Source: a virus
Taxonomy: Duplodnaviria > Caudoviricetes
IMG/VR virus record: IMGVR_UViG_3300036796_000042
Coordinates: 1-40,483 of that record
DNA length: 40,483 nt
Direction: 5' to 3' (one strand)
This document shows, one piece after another, positions 17,168 to 26,297 of the stretch. The notes below the pieces were generated by a model that saw only the letters and a list, made by a program, of their open reading frames with translations, did no database searches and was not told the DNA's origin. The translations under genes and the position numbers were made by a program. The first letter of the stretch is position 1. Every line of letters starts with the position of its first letter.

Positions 17168-17313
17168 GTGGTGAATGCGCAGGCTGATGCGCGTATCCGC
17201 TCTACGGTATCGAAGCGGTTTAGAAATATCGGTATCTCAGTCATCAAGCGTACTGACCCACCGTTAAGGTGTGGAAAAAAGAGGCGCAGCTGGAGATCAG
17301 CACCGGCCACCAC
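17168..17313 (+). ncRNA. Candidate structured RNA closed by a GTGGTG/CACCAC stem
   Basis: Terminal stem, GCGCA..TGCGC hairpin, further internal hairpins and a T-arm-like GCTGG-AGATCAGCA-CCGGC next to the closing stem. Confidence 0.45.
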
Positions 17314-17335
17314 ATTTGACTAAGGAGGGGAATCT

Positions 17336-17593
17336 ATGAAAGTGAAATTTATCGGCGGTCCTTTTGACGGCGTTATCAATGATGTGGCTGCGAATGATAG
17401 AGGTGCGCCACCGAACGAGATTTGGCGTTACGCTCCATCGTCATCACGCGAGCTTACAGCGGATGACTTCGCCCGTATCTGCAACTCACCGCATAATCCT
17501 GAGCCTGAGGCGCAACCACTGCTTTATAAATTGGTTTCAGTTTATAAAACAGACACGCAGCATGATTACGAATATCACTATCAAGGTCGCTAA
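17336..17593 (+). CDS. Hypothetical protein
   Basis: 85 aa with FIGGPFDG N-terminal motif and strong AAGGAGG RBS. Confidence 0.7.
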   Translation: MKVKFIGGPFDGVINDVAANDRGAPPNEIWRYAPSSSRELTADDFARICNSPHNPEPEAQPLLYKLVSVYKTDTQHDYEYHYQGR

Positions 17594-17607
17594 GGCGGCC
17601 TTTTTTA
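17585..17607 (+). terminator. Intrinsic terminator
   Basis: GGTCGC-TAAG-GCGGCC followed by a T run. Confidence 0.7.
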
Positions 17608-17628
17608 TTGCCATAACGGGTATGCGTC

Positions 17629-18168
17629 ATGAGTACTTTTGCATGCGCCGCCAGCGGTCCCTCGCTAACCCATGAAGATTGTCTAACACTCCACAACGCT
17701 AACATTCCCACTATCGCTGTAAACAATTCCTGGCGCGCTGCACCTTTCTGCTCTGCTATTTATGCGGCGGATTGTTGCTGGTGGGAGGAATACGGTGAAG
17801 AGATAACGATACCGGTGGAACGCTGGTGCGGAGACAACTTCACGGCAAGCCGCTTCGGCATCAAACATCTCGAAAGCAAAATATCTGGCTCGTTCAATTC
17901 AGGGCAACGTGCTATTGAGCTGGCTATTCACATGGGCGCTACTCGCGTGTTGCTGGTGGGCTATGACTGCTCAATTCGCCACGGCGCTCACTGGCACGGT
18001 CAACACAGCATTCTGGCAAACCCCGACAGCTTTAGCGTCAACCGCTGGCACGAAGAATTTAAACGCCTCCAGCAGAAGTATTCGTCTATCGAGATACTGA
18101 ACTGCTCCCGCCGGACCCGGCTGAAATGTTTCCCTGTGATGTCGCTTGAGGCGGCACTCTCGCTTTAA
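17629..18168 (+). CDS. Maf/MptE-like (sialyltransferase-fold) putative transferase
   Basis: ASGPSL, IAVN, YAAD, NSG..AI.LA..MGA..V.LVGYD and NCS motifs. Confidence 0.65.
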   Translation: MSTFACAASGPSLTHEDCLTLHNANIPTIAVNNSWRAAPFCSAIYAADCCWWEEYGEEITIPVERWCGDNFTASRFGIKHLESKISGSFNSGQRAIELAIHMGATRVLLVGYDCSIRHGAHWHGQHSILANPDSFSVNRWHEEFKRLQQKYSSIEILNCSRRTRLKCFPVMSLEAALSL

Positions 18169-18180
18169 AAGGTTCCTTTA

Positions 18181-19044
18181 ATGGCTAAATCTAAAGTCTG
18201 CATCCGTGGGATGTACGGGCTTGGCGACTCTATTTATCAGCGCGCATTTGTGCGTCAGATGCCCGGCGCGTACCTCAGAACGCCCTGGCCTGAACTGTAT
18301 TCCGATCTTGATGTGAAGTTTGTCCGCTCAAATACGTCACTGCGTACGCAGCGTAAGAACGAAGAAAGCACAGGTTTTGAGTTTGTCAGGGAGCCGGTAA
18401 GACCGTCAGAGGTACTGACCATTTTCTACGGACCTGAAGAGTTAAAGAAAGGCTCCATCATTGACGCCATGACGTGGCAGTTCGGCAGAGCGGCGAGCGT
18501 ATTCGATTTGCCTTCGTTCGGTCCTTCGCCTGTTGTAGCTGATAAACCTGTTGCGGTGTTACGGCCTGCAACGGTTCGCACTGAATGGGCTAATCCTGCG
18601 CGTAACCCCGATCCGAAATACATTGCCGCAGCAGCGCGTGAGCTGCGTAAACATTACTACGTGGTGAGTCTGGCCGATCTTGAAGATGGCGAAGAGTGGC
18701 TGGTGGGTGAAGTACCCGAAGCAGATTTGCAGCTGCATGCCGGTGAGCTGTCTTTAACAGAGATGCTGGCGCTGGTGGAGCATGCCGCAGTCGTCGTATC
18801 GGGTGTTGGCTGGGCTTTGCCTGCTGCCGTCTGCTACAAAACGCCGGTGTTCATCATTCAGGGCGGCTGTGGTGCTCATAATGCGCCGCATATCGTTACC
18901 GATTCTGAAATGGATTTATCCCGCGTGGGTTGGGCTCAGCCCGATGAATACTGCATGTGTGCCAGCATGGACCACGATTGCAGCAAACACATTTCGGGAT
19001 TCAACGACAAATTCAAAGGCTGGCTAAATGAAATCGTTCTCTGA
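18181..19044 (+). CDS. GT-B fold glycosyltransferase, GT9 (heptosyltransferase)-like
   Basis: N-terminal RG..GLGD motif, AGELSLTEMLALVEHAAVVVS...A....TPV motif and C-terminal Cys cluster. Confidence 0.7.
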   Translation: MAKSKVCIRGMYGLGDSIYQRAFVRQMPGAYLRTPWPELYSDLDVKFVRSNTSLRTQRKNEESTGFEFVREPVRPSEVLTIFYGPEELKKGSIIDAMTWQFGRAASVFDLPSFGPSPVVADKPVAVLRPATVRTEWANPARNPDPKYIAAAARELRKHYYVVSLADLEDGEEWLVGEVPEADLQLHAGELSLTEMLALVEHAAVVVSGVGWALPAAVCYKTPVFIIQGGCGAHNAPHIVTDSEMDLSRVGWAQPDEYCMCASMDHDCSKHISGFNDKFKGWLNEIVL

Positions 19045-19642
19045 TGAGTTGAGCACAGGCCTTGTCTGGTTGCCCGAACTGGGTATGGGCCGCTATCCGG
19101 TACCGAAAGAACGCCCTTACGATGCGGACTACTTCACGCGCTATCAGGCCATGGCAGAAACACCGATGGGGCAGCAGCTCACCGCCGCCCGTATCCAACT
19201 GGTGGCCCGACATTATCAGGGGCCGGTACTTGATGTGGGGATTGGCTCAGGCCAGTTCGTTAGTTGTTATCCCGGCGCGCTGGGCTTTGATGTGAATCCC
19301 GCTGGCGTGGCCTGGCTGCATGAGCGTAACGCTTACGCTGATTTATATGCCAACCGCTGGCGGGCGCTCACGATGTGGGATGTGCTGGAGCATATCGACG
19401 AGCCAGAACGGGCAGTACAGCAGGCGACGGAGTTTGTTTTCGTCTCGATCCCTGTCTTTGATAACGCTGAGCATGTTCTGAGGTCGCACCACTACCGGAA
19501 AGATGAACACATCTGGTACTGGACGCACAGCGGGCTGGTGAACTGGTTCGCAGAGCAGGGCTTTGAGCTGGTCGAGCACAACATTATTGAAAGTGCGCTG
19601 GGCCGGGAAGGTATAGGCAGTTATGCATTCAGAAGGAAGTAA
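19028..19642 (+). CDS. Class I SAM-dependent methyltransferase
   Basis: VLDVGIGSG motif I, GFDVNP, WDVLEHI and EHIWYW. Confidence 0.88.
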   Translation: MKSFSDELSTGLVWLPELGMGRYPVPKERPYDADYFTRYQAMAETPMGQQLTAARIQLVARHYQGPVLDVGIGSGQFVSCYPGALGFDVNPAGVAWLHERNAYADLYANRWRALTMWDVLEHIDEPERAVQQATEFVFVSIPVFDNAEHVLRSHHYRKDEHIWYWTHSGLVNWFAEQGFELVEHNIIESALGREGIGSYAFRRK

Positions 19643-19644
19643 CT

Positions 19645-20013
19645 ATGCCACCCAGAACGCCTAAAGCCTGCCGCAAACGAGGCTGCAAGAATACAACCAT
19701 AGACCGCAGCGGATTTTGTGATGAGCACAAAGGTGAAGGCTGGAAGCAATACAAGCCAGGCCTGACGCGTCGCCAGCGTGGCTACGGTCCCGGCTGGGAT
19801 AAGACACGGTTCCGCATTCTCAAGAGGGATAAAGGATTGTGCCAGGAGTGCTTGCGAAGAGGTGCGATAACAGAAGCAAATTGCGTTGACCACATAGTGC
19901 CTCTGGCGCACGGAGGCAGCGACAGTGACGACAACCTTCAAAGCTTATGCACCCCATGTCACCGAGTAAAAACGGCACGAGAGAGGCTCTCAGACAGGCC
20001 GGGGGGTGGGTAA
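19645..20013 (+). CDS. HNH endonuclease (terminase-associated)
   Basis: CQEC, VDHIVP..GG and NLQSLCTPCH..KT; directly upstream of terS. Confidence 0.92.
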   Translation: MPPRTPKACRKRGCKNTTIDRSGFCDEHKGEGWKQYKPGLTRRQRGYGPGWDKTRFRILKRDKGLCQECLRRGAITEANCVDHIVPLAHGGSDSDDNLQSLCTPCHRVKTARERLSDRPGGG

Positions 20014-20100
20014 ATCTCTGTGGCTCTTGCCCTTCCGGACTGCCCGCCCCGTCGTATTTTTACACGTCCGAAATAAGAAACTTTTTTCCGGAAGGTGTCG
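20001..20100. other. Candidate cos packaging-site region
   Basis: Non-coding gap between HNH and terS containing a G-run, GC-rich TGCCCGCCCC and the inverted pair CCTTCCGGA (20031-20039) / TCCGGAAGG (20087-20095). Cut site not determined. Confidence 0.5.
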
Positions 20101-20121
20101 CCTATTGATAAGGAGGTATTC

Positions 20122-20559
20122 ATGGGTGCAGCCGTGCGATCGTCCGGCGGTGGCCGAAAGCGAAATCTGCCTGCCGGGCAGGCAAGCAAACTTACCCGCA
20201 TTGCTCCGCCTGATGAATTAATGAGTGAAGTCGCGGTAAAGCTCTGGAAAACGCAGAGCAAAATATTAATTGAGCGTGGATTGTTTGAACTCGAAGACGC
20301 GCCAATCCTGCTGGCCTACTGCAACGCGTTTCACTTAATGCTGGAAGCGGAAAAGCTTCTCGCAACAAGCCTTACCGTCAATAGCGAAATGGGTGGGCTG
20401 AAAAAACATCCAGCCGTTAACGTCCGTAATGATTCTGTATCGCAGATTGCCAGGCTGGGCTCACTTCTAGGTCTTGATCCCCTGAGCCGTATCCGCATGA
20501 CCGGCGGCGGTAAAAAACCTGAGGATGAACAAGAGAACGAATTTAATGAGTTTGATTGA
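20122..20559 (+). CDS. terS: Terminase small subunit (P27 family)
   Basis: KKHPAV...LGLDPLSR motif; AAGGAGG RBS before ATG 20122. Confidence 0.92.
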   Translation: MGAAVRSSGGGRKRNLPAGQASKLTRIAPPDELMSEVAVKLWKTQSKILIERGLFELEDAPILLAYCNAFHLMLEAEKLLATSLTVNSEMGGLKKHPAVNVRNDSVSQIARLGSLLGLDPLSRIRMTGGGKKPEDEQENEFNEFD

Positions 20560-22289
20560 TGGCTACATATCCGAACGTCAATGCAGCGAACCAGTATGCG
20601 CGGGACGTTGTGAGCGGGAAGATTCTGGCATGTCGGTTAACCATTCTCTCCTGTCAGCGGCACCTTGATGATCTGGCTCGCGCAAAAAATCCGAACTGGC
20701 CGTATCGTTTCGATAAAAATAAGGCGGAACGTTTTTTACGATTCGCCCAGAAGATGCCCCATATTTCCGGTGATTGGGCTCGCCAGAAACTACGGATAGA
20801 TTTCGAACCCTGGCAAAAATTTTCACTTGGCGTTCCATTCGGTTGGGTTCACAAAAGCACCGGTTATCGGCGTTTCACTGAAATTTATATTGAGGTGCCA
20901 AGGAAAAACGGTAAATCAGCAATTGCAGCCGCAGTCGGAAATTACATGTTTTGCGCTGATGGTGAATATGCTGCCGAGGTTTACTGCGGTGCCACAACTG
21001 AAAAACAGGCATGGAAGGTATTCGCCCCAGCCCTGGCCATGGTGAAAAAACTCCCGGCGCTACGCCAGAAATTCAGCATTAAACCTTGGGCAAAGAAAAT
21101 GACCCGCCCGGATGGTTCTCTATTTGCTCCAATCATTGGTGATCCGGGAGATGGTGACTCGCCTTCTTGCGCGATTATCGATGAATACCATGAGCACCCC
21201 ACAGATGCTCTTTATACCACGATGACGACAGGCATGGGGGCGAGGGAACAACCGATAACGCTGATCATAACGACAGCTGGGTTTGATATTAGCTCCCCCT
21301 GCTATGACAAACGCATGCAGGTTGTCGAGATACTGGAGCGGATTAGAGAAGGTAATGAGAACGAGGAGATTTTTGGGATCATCTACACGCTGGATGATGA
21401 AGACGACTGGACGAAGCCAGAGGCTTTAATAAAAGCGAACCCTAATTACGGCGTCTCTATTAAGGAAAGCCGCCTGAAGGCTAAGCAGCTTTTGGCGATG
21501 TCTACCCCAAGTCAGACCAACAAAATTCTCACAAAACACTTTAATAAGTGGGTAAGTGCTAAAGCGGCTTATTATAACATTCAGAAGTGGTTTGCGGCGG
21601 CAGATAAGACGCTGAAGCTTGAGGATTTCATCGGCGATGAGTGCTACGTGGGCATTGACCTGGCGTCAAAGCTTGATTTAAACGCCGTAGTTCCGGTTTT
21701 CTGCCGGGAAATCAACGGACTTAAGCATTTTTATTGCGTAAGCCCTATGTTCTGGGTTCCTGAAGATACGGTGTATTCAACAGACCCGGCCCTGAAGCGT
21801 ACTGCTGAGCGATATCAGACCTTTGTGAACCAGGGCGTTCTGATCCCGACGGATGGTGCGGAGGTGGATTACCGTCTTATTTTTGAAAGCATCCTCAAGC
21901 TGCGCGAAACCATCAAGGTTTCGTCATGCCCAATAGACCCCTACGGCGCAACGTCAATCTCCCACCTGCTAATGGATGAGGGACTGGAGCCAATAACCAT
22001 TACTCAGAATTTCACCAACATGAGCGATCCCATGCGCGAAATAGAAGCGGCGCTTGCAGCCGGTCGTTTCCATCACGACGGCAACCCGATTATGTCCTGG
22101 TGTATCGCAAACGTAGTCGGTCGCCATCCACCGGGAAGCGATGACATTGTGCGGCCGGTTAAAGAGGGCAGTGAAAATAAAATCGATGGAGCTGTAGGCC
22201 TGATGATGGGCGTAGGCCGCGCATTACTGAATGAGCCGAAAGACTTCCTTTCTAATCTGGACCCCGACGAGGAATTGTTAATCCTGTGA
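20559..22289 (+). CDS. terL: Terminase large subunit
   Basis: PRKNGKS Walker A, IIDEYH Walker B, ITTAG, GIDLA and KIDGAV nuclease motifs. Confidence 0.96.
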   Translation: MATYPNVNAANQYARDVVSGKILACRLTILSCQRHLDDLARAKNPNWPYRFDKNKAERFLRFAQKMPHISGDWARQKLRIDFEPWQKFSLGVPFGWVHKSTGYRRFTEIYIEVPRKNGKSAIAAAVGNYMFCADGEYAAEVYCGATTEKQAWKVFAPALAMVKKLPALRQKFSIKPWAKKMTRPDGSLFAPIIGDPGDGDSPSCAIIDEYHEHPTDALYTTMTTGMGAREQPITLIITTAGFDISSPCYDKRMQVVEILERIREGNENEEIFGIIYTLDDEDDWTKPEALIKANPNYGVSIKESRLKAKQLLAMSTPSQTNKILTKHFNKWVSAKAAYYNIQKWFAAADKTLKLEDFIGDECYVGIDLASKLDLNAVVPVFCREINGLKHFYCVSPMFWVPEDTVYSTDPALKRTAERYQTFVNQGVLIPTDGAEVDYRLIFESILKLRETIKVSSCPIDPYGATSISHLLMDEGLEPITITQNFTNMSDPMREIEAALAAGRFHHDGNPIMSWCIANVVGRHPPGSDDIVRPVKEGSENKIDGAVGLMMGVGRALLNEPKDFLSNLDPDEELLIL

Positions 22290-22447
22290 AATCACTGATT
22301 ATCGACATGGCCGGGCTGGTGGGCTTTGGTGCGCTGATGGCGGGTGTTCACCTGCAATACGGTACCGCTGCCGCGCTAATGTCCGGCGGCTCAGGCCTGC
22401 TGACCTGGGCGATACTTGCGGCATGGAGGACTAAACGTGTTTCTTAA
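22286..22447 (+). CDS. Small two-TM membrane protein between terL and portal (53 aa, not in ORF track)
   Basis: Manual translation MKSLIIDMAGLVGFGALMAGVHLQYGTAAALMSGGSGLLTWAILAAWRTKRVS*; GTGA overlap with the terL stop. Confidence 0.7.
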   Translation: MKSLIIDMAGLVGFGALMAGVHLQYGTAAALMSGGSGLLTWAILAAWRTKRVS

Positions 22448-23663
22448 TGCCATTTTCAGAAGCAATTCGCTGGAAAATCCTGCGGTGCCTTTGACGGTCG
22501 AGGCCGCTGAAAGCGACGGTATTTTTCAGAGCGATGTTCTGGTAACCCCGAAAACTGCCATGAAACTCGCGGCGGTGTATTCCTGTATTTACGTCATCTC
22601 TTCCAACGTCGCGCAGATGCCGCTGCACGTTATGCGACGTTCCGGGAAAAAGGTGGAGGCCGCCCGCGATCACCCGGTTTTTTATCTTGTTCACGATGAG
22701 CCTAACGACTGGCAGACCAGCTATAAGTGGCGAGAACTAAAACAGCGTCATGTGTTGGGCTGGGGTAACGGTTATACCCACGTTGTGCGAAACCGGCGCG
22801 GCGAGGTTATCGGGCTTGATGCCTGCATGCCGTGGGAAACGACTCTGGTTAACACCGGCGGCCGCTATGCCTATGGCGTGTATAACGAGCTGGGCAGCTT
22901 TGCTATCAGCCCGGACGACATGATCCACATCCGCGCACTGGGTAACGATCAGAAGATGGGGCTTAGCCCGATTATGCAGCACGCCGAGACTATAGGCATG
23001 GGCATGAGCGGGCAGAAATACACATCCAGTTTCTTCAACGGCAACGCACGGCCAGCCGGAATTATCTCCGTCAAGAATGAACTGAACGATGAAAGCTGGA
23101 AAAGATTAAAAGGCGTCTGGCAAAAAGCTACGGCGGCGTTAAGACAGCAGGAAAATAAAACCATGCTGCTGCCCGCGCAACTCGATTACAAAGCGCTGAC
23201 GGTTTCCCCCGTTGATGCGCAGATCATCGACATGATGAAGCTGAATCGCTCAATGATCGCCGGTATCTTCAACGTTCCCTCCCACATGATTAACGACCTG
23301 GACAAGGCCACTTTCTCCAATATCTCGGAGCAGGCCATCCAGTTTGTTCGTTACACAATGATGCCTTGGGTGACGAACTGGGAGCAGGAACTCAACCGGC
23401 GGCTGTTCACCCGAGCGGAGCGGCAGGCTGGATATTACGTCCGTTTTAACCTGGCTGGCCTGCTGCGCGGCACAGGGAAAGAGCGCGCCGAGTTCTATCA
23501 CTTCGCTATCACCGATGGCTGGATGAGCCGTAATGAAGCCCGTGCCTTTGAAGATATGAACCCGGTAGACGGGCTCGATGAAATGCTGGTGAGCGTCAAC
23601 GCGGCTAACCCGGCAAAAGACATTTCTGACACCAAAACCCAAAAGGATAAAACCGATGAGTGA
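22437..23663 (+). CDS. Portal protein, HK97 family
   Basis: AVYSCI, IHIR, GLSPI, IAGIFNVP and NEARAFED motifs; GTG start after GGAGG. Confidence 0.95.
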   Translation: MFLNAIFRSNSLENPAVPLTVEAAESDGIFQSDVLVTPKTAMKLAAVYSCIYVISSNVAQMPLHVMRRSGKKVEAARDHPVFYLVHDEPNDWQTSYKWRELKQRHVLGWGNGYTHVVRNRRGEVIGLDACMPWETTLVNTGGRYAYGVYNELGSFAISPDDMIHIRALGNDQKMGLSPIMQHAETIGMGMSGQKYTSSFFNGNARPAGIISVKNELNDESWKRLKGVWQKATAALRQQENKTMLLPAQLDYKALTVSPVDAQIIDMMKLNRSMIAGIFNVPSHMINDLDKATFSNISEQAIQFVRYTMMPWVTNWEQELNRRLFTRAERQAGYYVRFNLAGLLRGTGKERAEFYHFAITDGWMSRNEARAFEDMNPVDGLDEMLVSVNAANPAKDISDTKTQKDKTDE

Positions 23664-24255
23664 TCGCGAAATGCGGTGCTACAGCGGTGAAGTGCGGGCC
23701 GAGATGCTGAGCGACCAGCCGACGAGAATCATCGGTTATGGCTCCGTGTTCAACTCCCGTTCTGAACCGCTATGGGGGTTCCGCGAAATCATTAAGCCCG
23801 GCTCCTTTGACGACGTGCTGACCAATGATGTCCGCGGCCTGTTTAATCATGACCCGAACTTTATTCTGGGCCGCAGCACGTCGGGGACCCTGGCGCTGAG
23901 CGTGGATGAACGCGGTCTGCAATACGACATCACCGCACCGGATACCCAGACTATCCGGGATATGGTTATCGCGCCGATGATGCGCGGGGATATTAACCAG
24001 TCCTCGTTTGCGTTTCAGGTCGCCCGGGATGGGGAGAACTGGTACGAAGATGAAGAGGGCATTGTTATCCGGGAAATCTCCCGGTTCTCCCGTCTGTACG
24101 ACGTTAGCCCGGTGACGTATCCGGCCTATCAGGAAGCCGATTCTGGCGTCCGTTCAATGAAAGCCTGGCAGGAAGCGCGAGACAGCGGCGCGCTAAAGAA
24201 CGCCATTAACCAACGAATGGCGCGTGAGCGCCTGCTGACCCTTCTTAATGCGTAA
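23656..24255 (+). CDS. Prohead protease, HK97 family
   Basis: GYGSVFN, LFNHD, SSFAF and DVSPVTYPAY. Confidence 0.95.
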   Translation: MSDREMRCYSGEVRAEMLSDQPTRIIGYGSVFNSRSEPLWGFREIIKPGSFDDVLTNDVRGLFNHDPNFILGRSTSGTLALSVDERGLQYDITAPDTQTIRDMVIAPMMRGDINQSSFAFQVARDGENWYEDEEGIVIREISRFSRLYDVSPVTYPAYQEADSGVRSMKAWQEARDSGALKNAINQRMARERLLTLLNA

Positions 24256-24264
24256 GGAAAAAAT

Positions 24265-25494
24265 ATGAAACTGCACGAACTGAAGCAAAAACGAAATACC
24301 ATCGCCACCGATATGCGCGCTTTGAATGAAAAAATCGGTGACAACGCCTGGACCGAAGAGCAGCGCACCGACTGGAACAAGGCGAAAGGCGAGCTTGAGG
24401 CGATTGATGAACGTATTGCCCGCGAAGAAGAACTGCGCCGTCAGGATCAGACGTATGTAGATGGTCAGGAGGAAGAGCAGCGCAATCAGCAGAAAAAAGA
24501 AGAAGGCAATAAGCCGGAAGAGCAGCGTTTTCAGATTTTCGATAAATGGATGCGCCACGGCGCTGCTGAGCTGAGCTCCGAAGAACGCAAAGCGCTGCGC
24601 GAACTGCGTGCTCAGGGCGTGGCACCGGATGAAAAGGGCGGTTACACCGTGCCTGATACCTTCCTGGCGAAAGTTGTCGAGCAGATGAAAGCTTATGGCG
24701 GCATTGCCGGGGTGGCGCAAATTCTGACAACTTCAGACGGTCGCACGATGGAATGGGCCACCGCTGACGGCACGAATGAAATGGGCGTGCTGCTGGGTGA
24801 AAATGAAGAGGCCGGGGAAGAAGATACCGAATTCGGTATGGATAGCCTTGGCGCTTTGAAAATGACCTCAAAAATCATTCGTGTGTCGAACGAACTGCTC
24901 CAGGACAGCGCGATCGACATGGAAGCTTATCTTTCCCGCCGCATTGCTGAGCGTATTGGCCGCGGTGAAGCGCGCTATCTGATTCAGGGCACCGGTACGG
25001 GGACGCCGAAACAGCCGAAAGGCCTGGCGGCGTCAGTCACCGGCACCACGCTGACGGCTTCCGCTACGGCGGTGAAGTGGCAGGAAATTCTGGCGCTGAA
25101 GCACAGCATTGATCCGGCATACCGGCGCGGCCCGAAATTCCGCCTGGCGTTCAACGACAGCACGCTGAAAGCCATCAGCGAAATGGAAGATGGCCAGGGG
25201 CGTCCGCTGTGGTTGCCGGATATCGTCGGCGTAGCGCCCGCGTCAGTGCTGAATGTGCCGTATGTTATCGATCAGGAAATTGACGATATTGGCGCGGGTA
25301 AAAAATTCATGTTCTGCGGCGACTTCGACCGTTTCATTATTCGTCGCGTGCGTTACATGATCCTGAAACGCCTGGTCGAACGTTACGCTGAATTTGACCA
25401 GACCGGCTTCCTGGCCTTCCACCGCTTCGACTGCATCCTGGAAGATACATCGGCGATTAAAGCGCTTGTGGGCAAAGGCAGTGCCAGCAGCTAA
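24265..25494 (+). CDS. Major capsid protein, HK97 fold with delta domain
   Basis: N-terminal coiled coil, GGYTVP, VSNELLQDS, DGQGRPLW and GDF. Confidence 0.95.
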   Translation: MKLHELKQKRNTIATDMRALNEKIGDNAWTEEQRTDWNKAKGELEAIDERIAREEELRRQDQTYVDGQEEEQRNQQKKEEGNKPEEQRFQIFDKWMRHGAAELSSEERKALRELRAQGVAPDEKGGYTVPDTFLAKVVEQMKAYGGIAGVAQILTTSDGRTMEWATADGTNEMGVLLGENEEAGEEDTEFGMDSLGALKMTSKIIRVSNELLQDSAIDMEAYLSRRIAERIGRGEARYLIQGTGTGTPKQPKGLAASVTGTTLTASATAVKWQEILALKHSIDPAYRRGPKFRLAFNDSTLKAISEMEDGQGRPLWLPDIVGVAPASVLNVPYVIDQEIDDIGAGKKFMFCGDFDRFIIRRVRYMILKRLVERYAEFDQTGFLAFHRFDCILEDTSAIKALVGKGSASS

Positions 25495-25520
25495 CCCGCA
25501 GTCCTGCAAAAAACACTCAC

Positions 25521-25540
25521 GCCGCGTTAGCGGTTTTTTT
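25521..25540 (+). terminator. Intrinsic terminator after capsid gene
   Basis: CCGC-GTTA-GCGG followed by T7. Confidence 0.6.
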
Positions 25541-25572
25541 GTGCCCGTCATCCGGCGGGCATCGGAGGATTT

Positions 25573-25896
25573 ATGTTGCTGACACTGCCGGAAATCAAAG
25601 GCCAGCTTAGGCTGGACGATGATTTTACCGATGAAGATACACTGCTGACCCTCCTGGGCGAAGCCGTGCAAACCCGAACCGAGACGTTTCTGAACCGAAA
25701 GCTTTATAAGCCGGATGAGGACATACCCGACACGGACCCGGATGGGCTCAACCTGCCGGGTGATATCAAGCTGGGCATGCTGCTGTTGGTCACTCATTTC
25801 TATGAAAACCGTTCCTCAGTCACGGAAGTGGAAATGGTTGAACTGCCTATGAGCTTTAACTGGCTGGTTGGCCCCTATCGGTATATCCCTCTATGA
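25573..25896 (+). CDS. Head-tail connector (HK97 gp6-like)
   Basis: IKGQLRLD and LLVTHFYENR. Confidence 0.9.
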   Translation: MLLTLPEIKGQLRLDDDFTDEDTLLTLLGEAVQTRTETFLNRKLYKPDEDIPDTDPDGLNLPGDIKLGMLLLVTHFYENRSSVTEVEMVELPMSFNWLVGPYRYIPL

Positions 25897-26297
25897 AACT
25901 CAGGCAGAGCCAGACCAGCGCCACCTATCTGTTGCCTGACCCTGGCGATCTGGACCAGCGGATAACGGTGCGTCGCCGCCTTGATCAGCCCAGCGATGAT
26001 TTTGGTGTTGTGCCTTCTTATCTGGAATCACTCGATACATGGGCGAAGATGGCACAGACCAGCGCCACGGCTTATCAGGGCTCCGTGCAGACGGAAAACA
26101 CCGTGACGCACTATTTTACCATTCGTTTTCGCAAGGGCATCACATCCGATCATGAGGTGGTCCATAACGACCAGGTTTACCGGGTAAAGCGAGTGCGGGA
26201 TTTGAATGCGAAACGGCGCTTTTTGCTGCTTGAGTGCGAAGAGCTGGGCACGGACAGAGGGCAGACTTATGGCGCAGAAAGCATTTTTACACGTTGA
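25893..26297 (+). CDS. Head closure / head-tail adaptor
   Basis: GDLDQRITV, TIRFR and LLLECEE; gene position. Confidence 0.88.
   Translation: MKLRQSQTSATYLLPDPGDLDQRITVRRRLDQPSDDFGVVPSYLESLDTWAKMAQTSATAYQGSVQTENTVTHYFTIRFRKGITSDHEVVHNDQVYRVKRVRDLNAKRRFLLLECEELGTDRGQTYGAESIFTR

Noticed and set aside
17629-19642. Classical gtrABC/oac serotype-conversion locus
   Set aside because: No membrane flippase, bactoprenol transferase or multi-TM protein. The location is in the late operon rather than next to att.
19645-20013. HNH as mobile homing endonuclease or defence nuclease
   Set aside because: Size, motifs and position match the terminase-associated HNH of cos phages.
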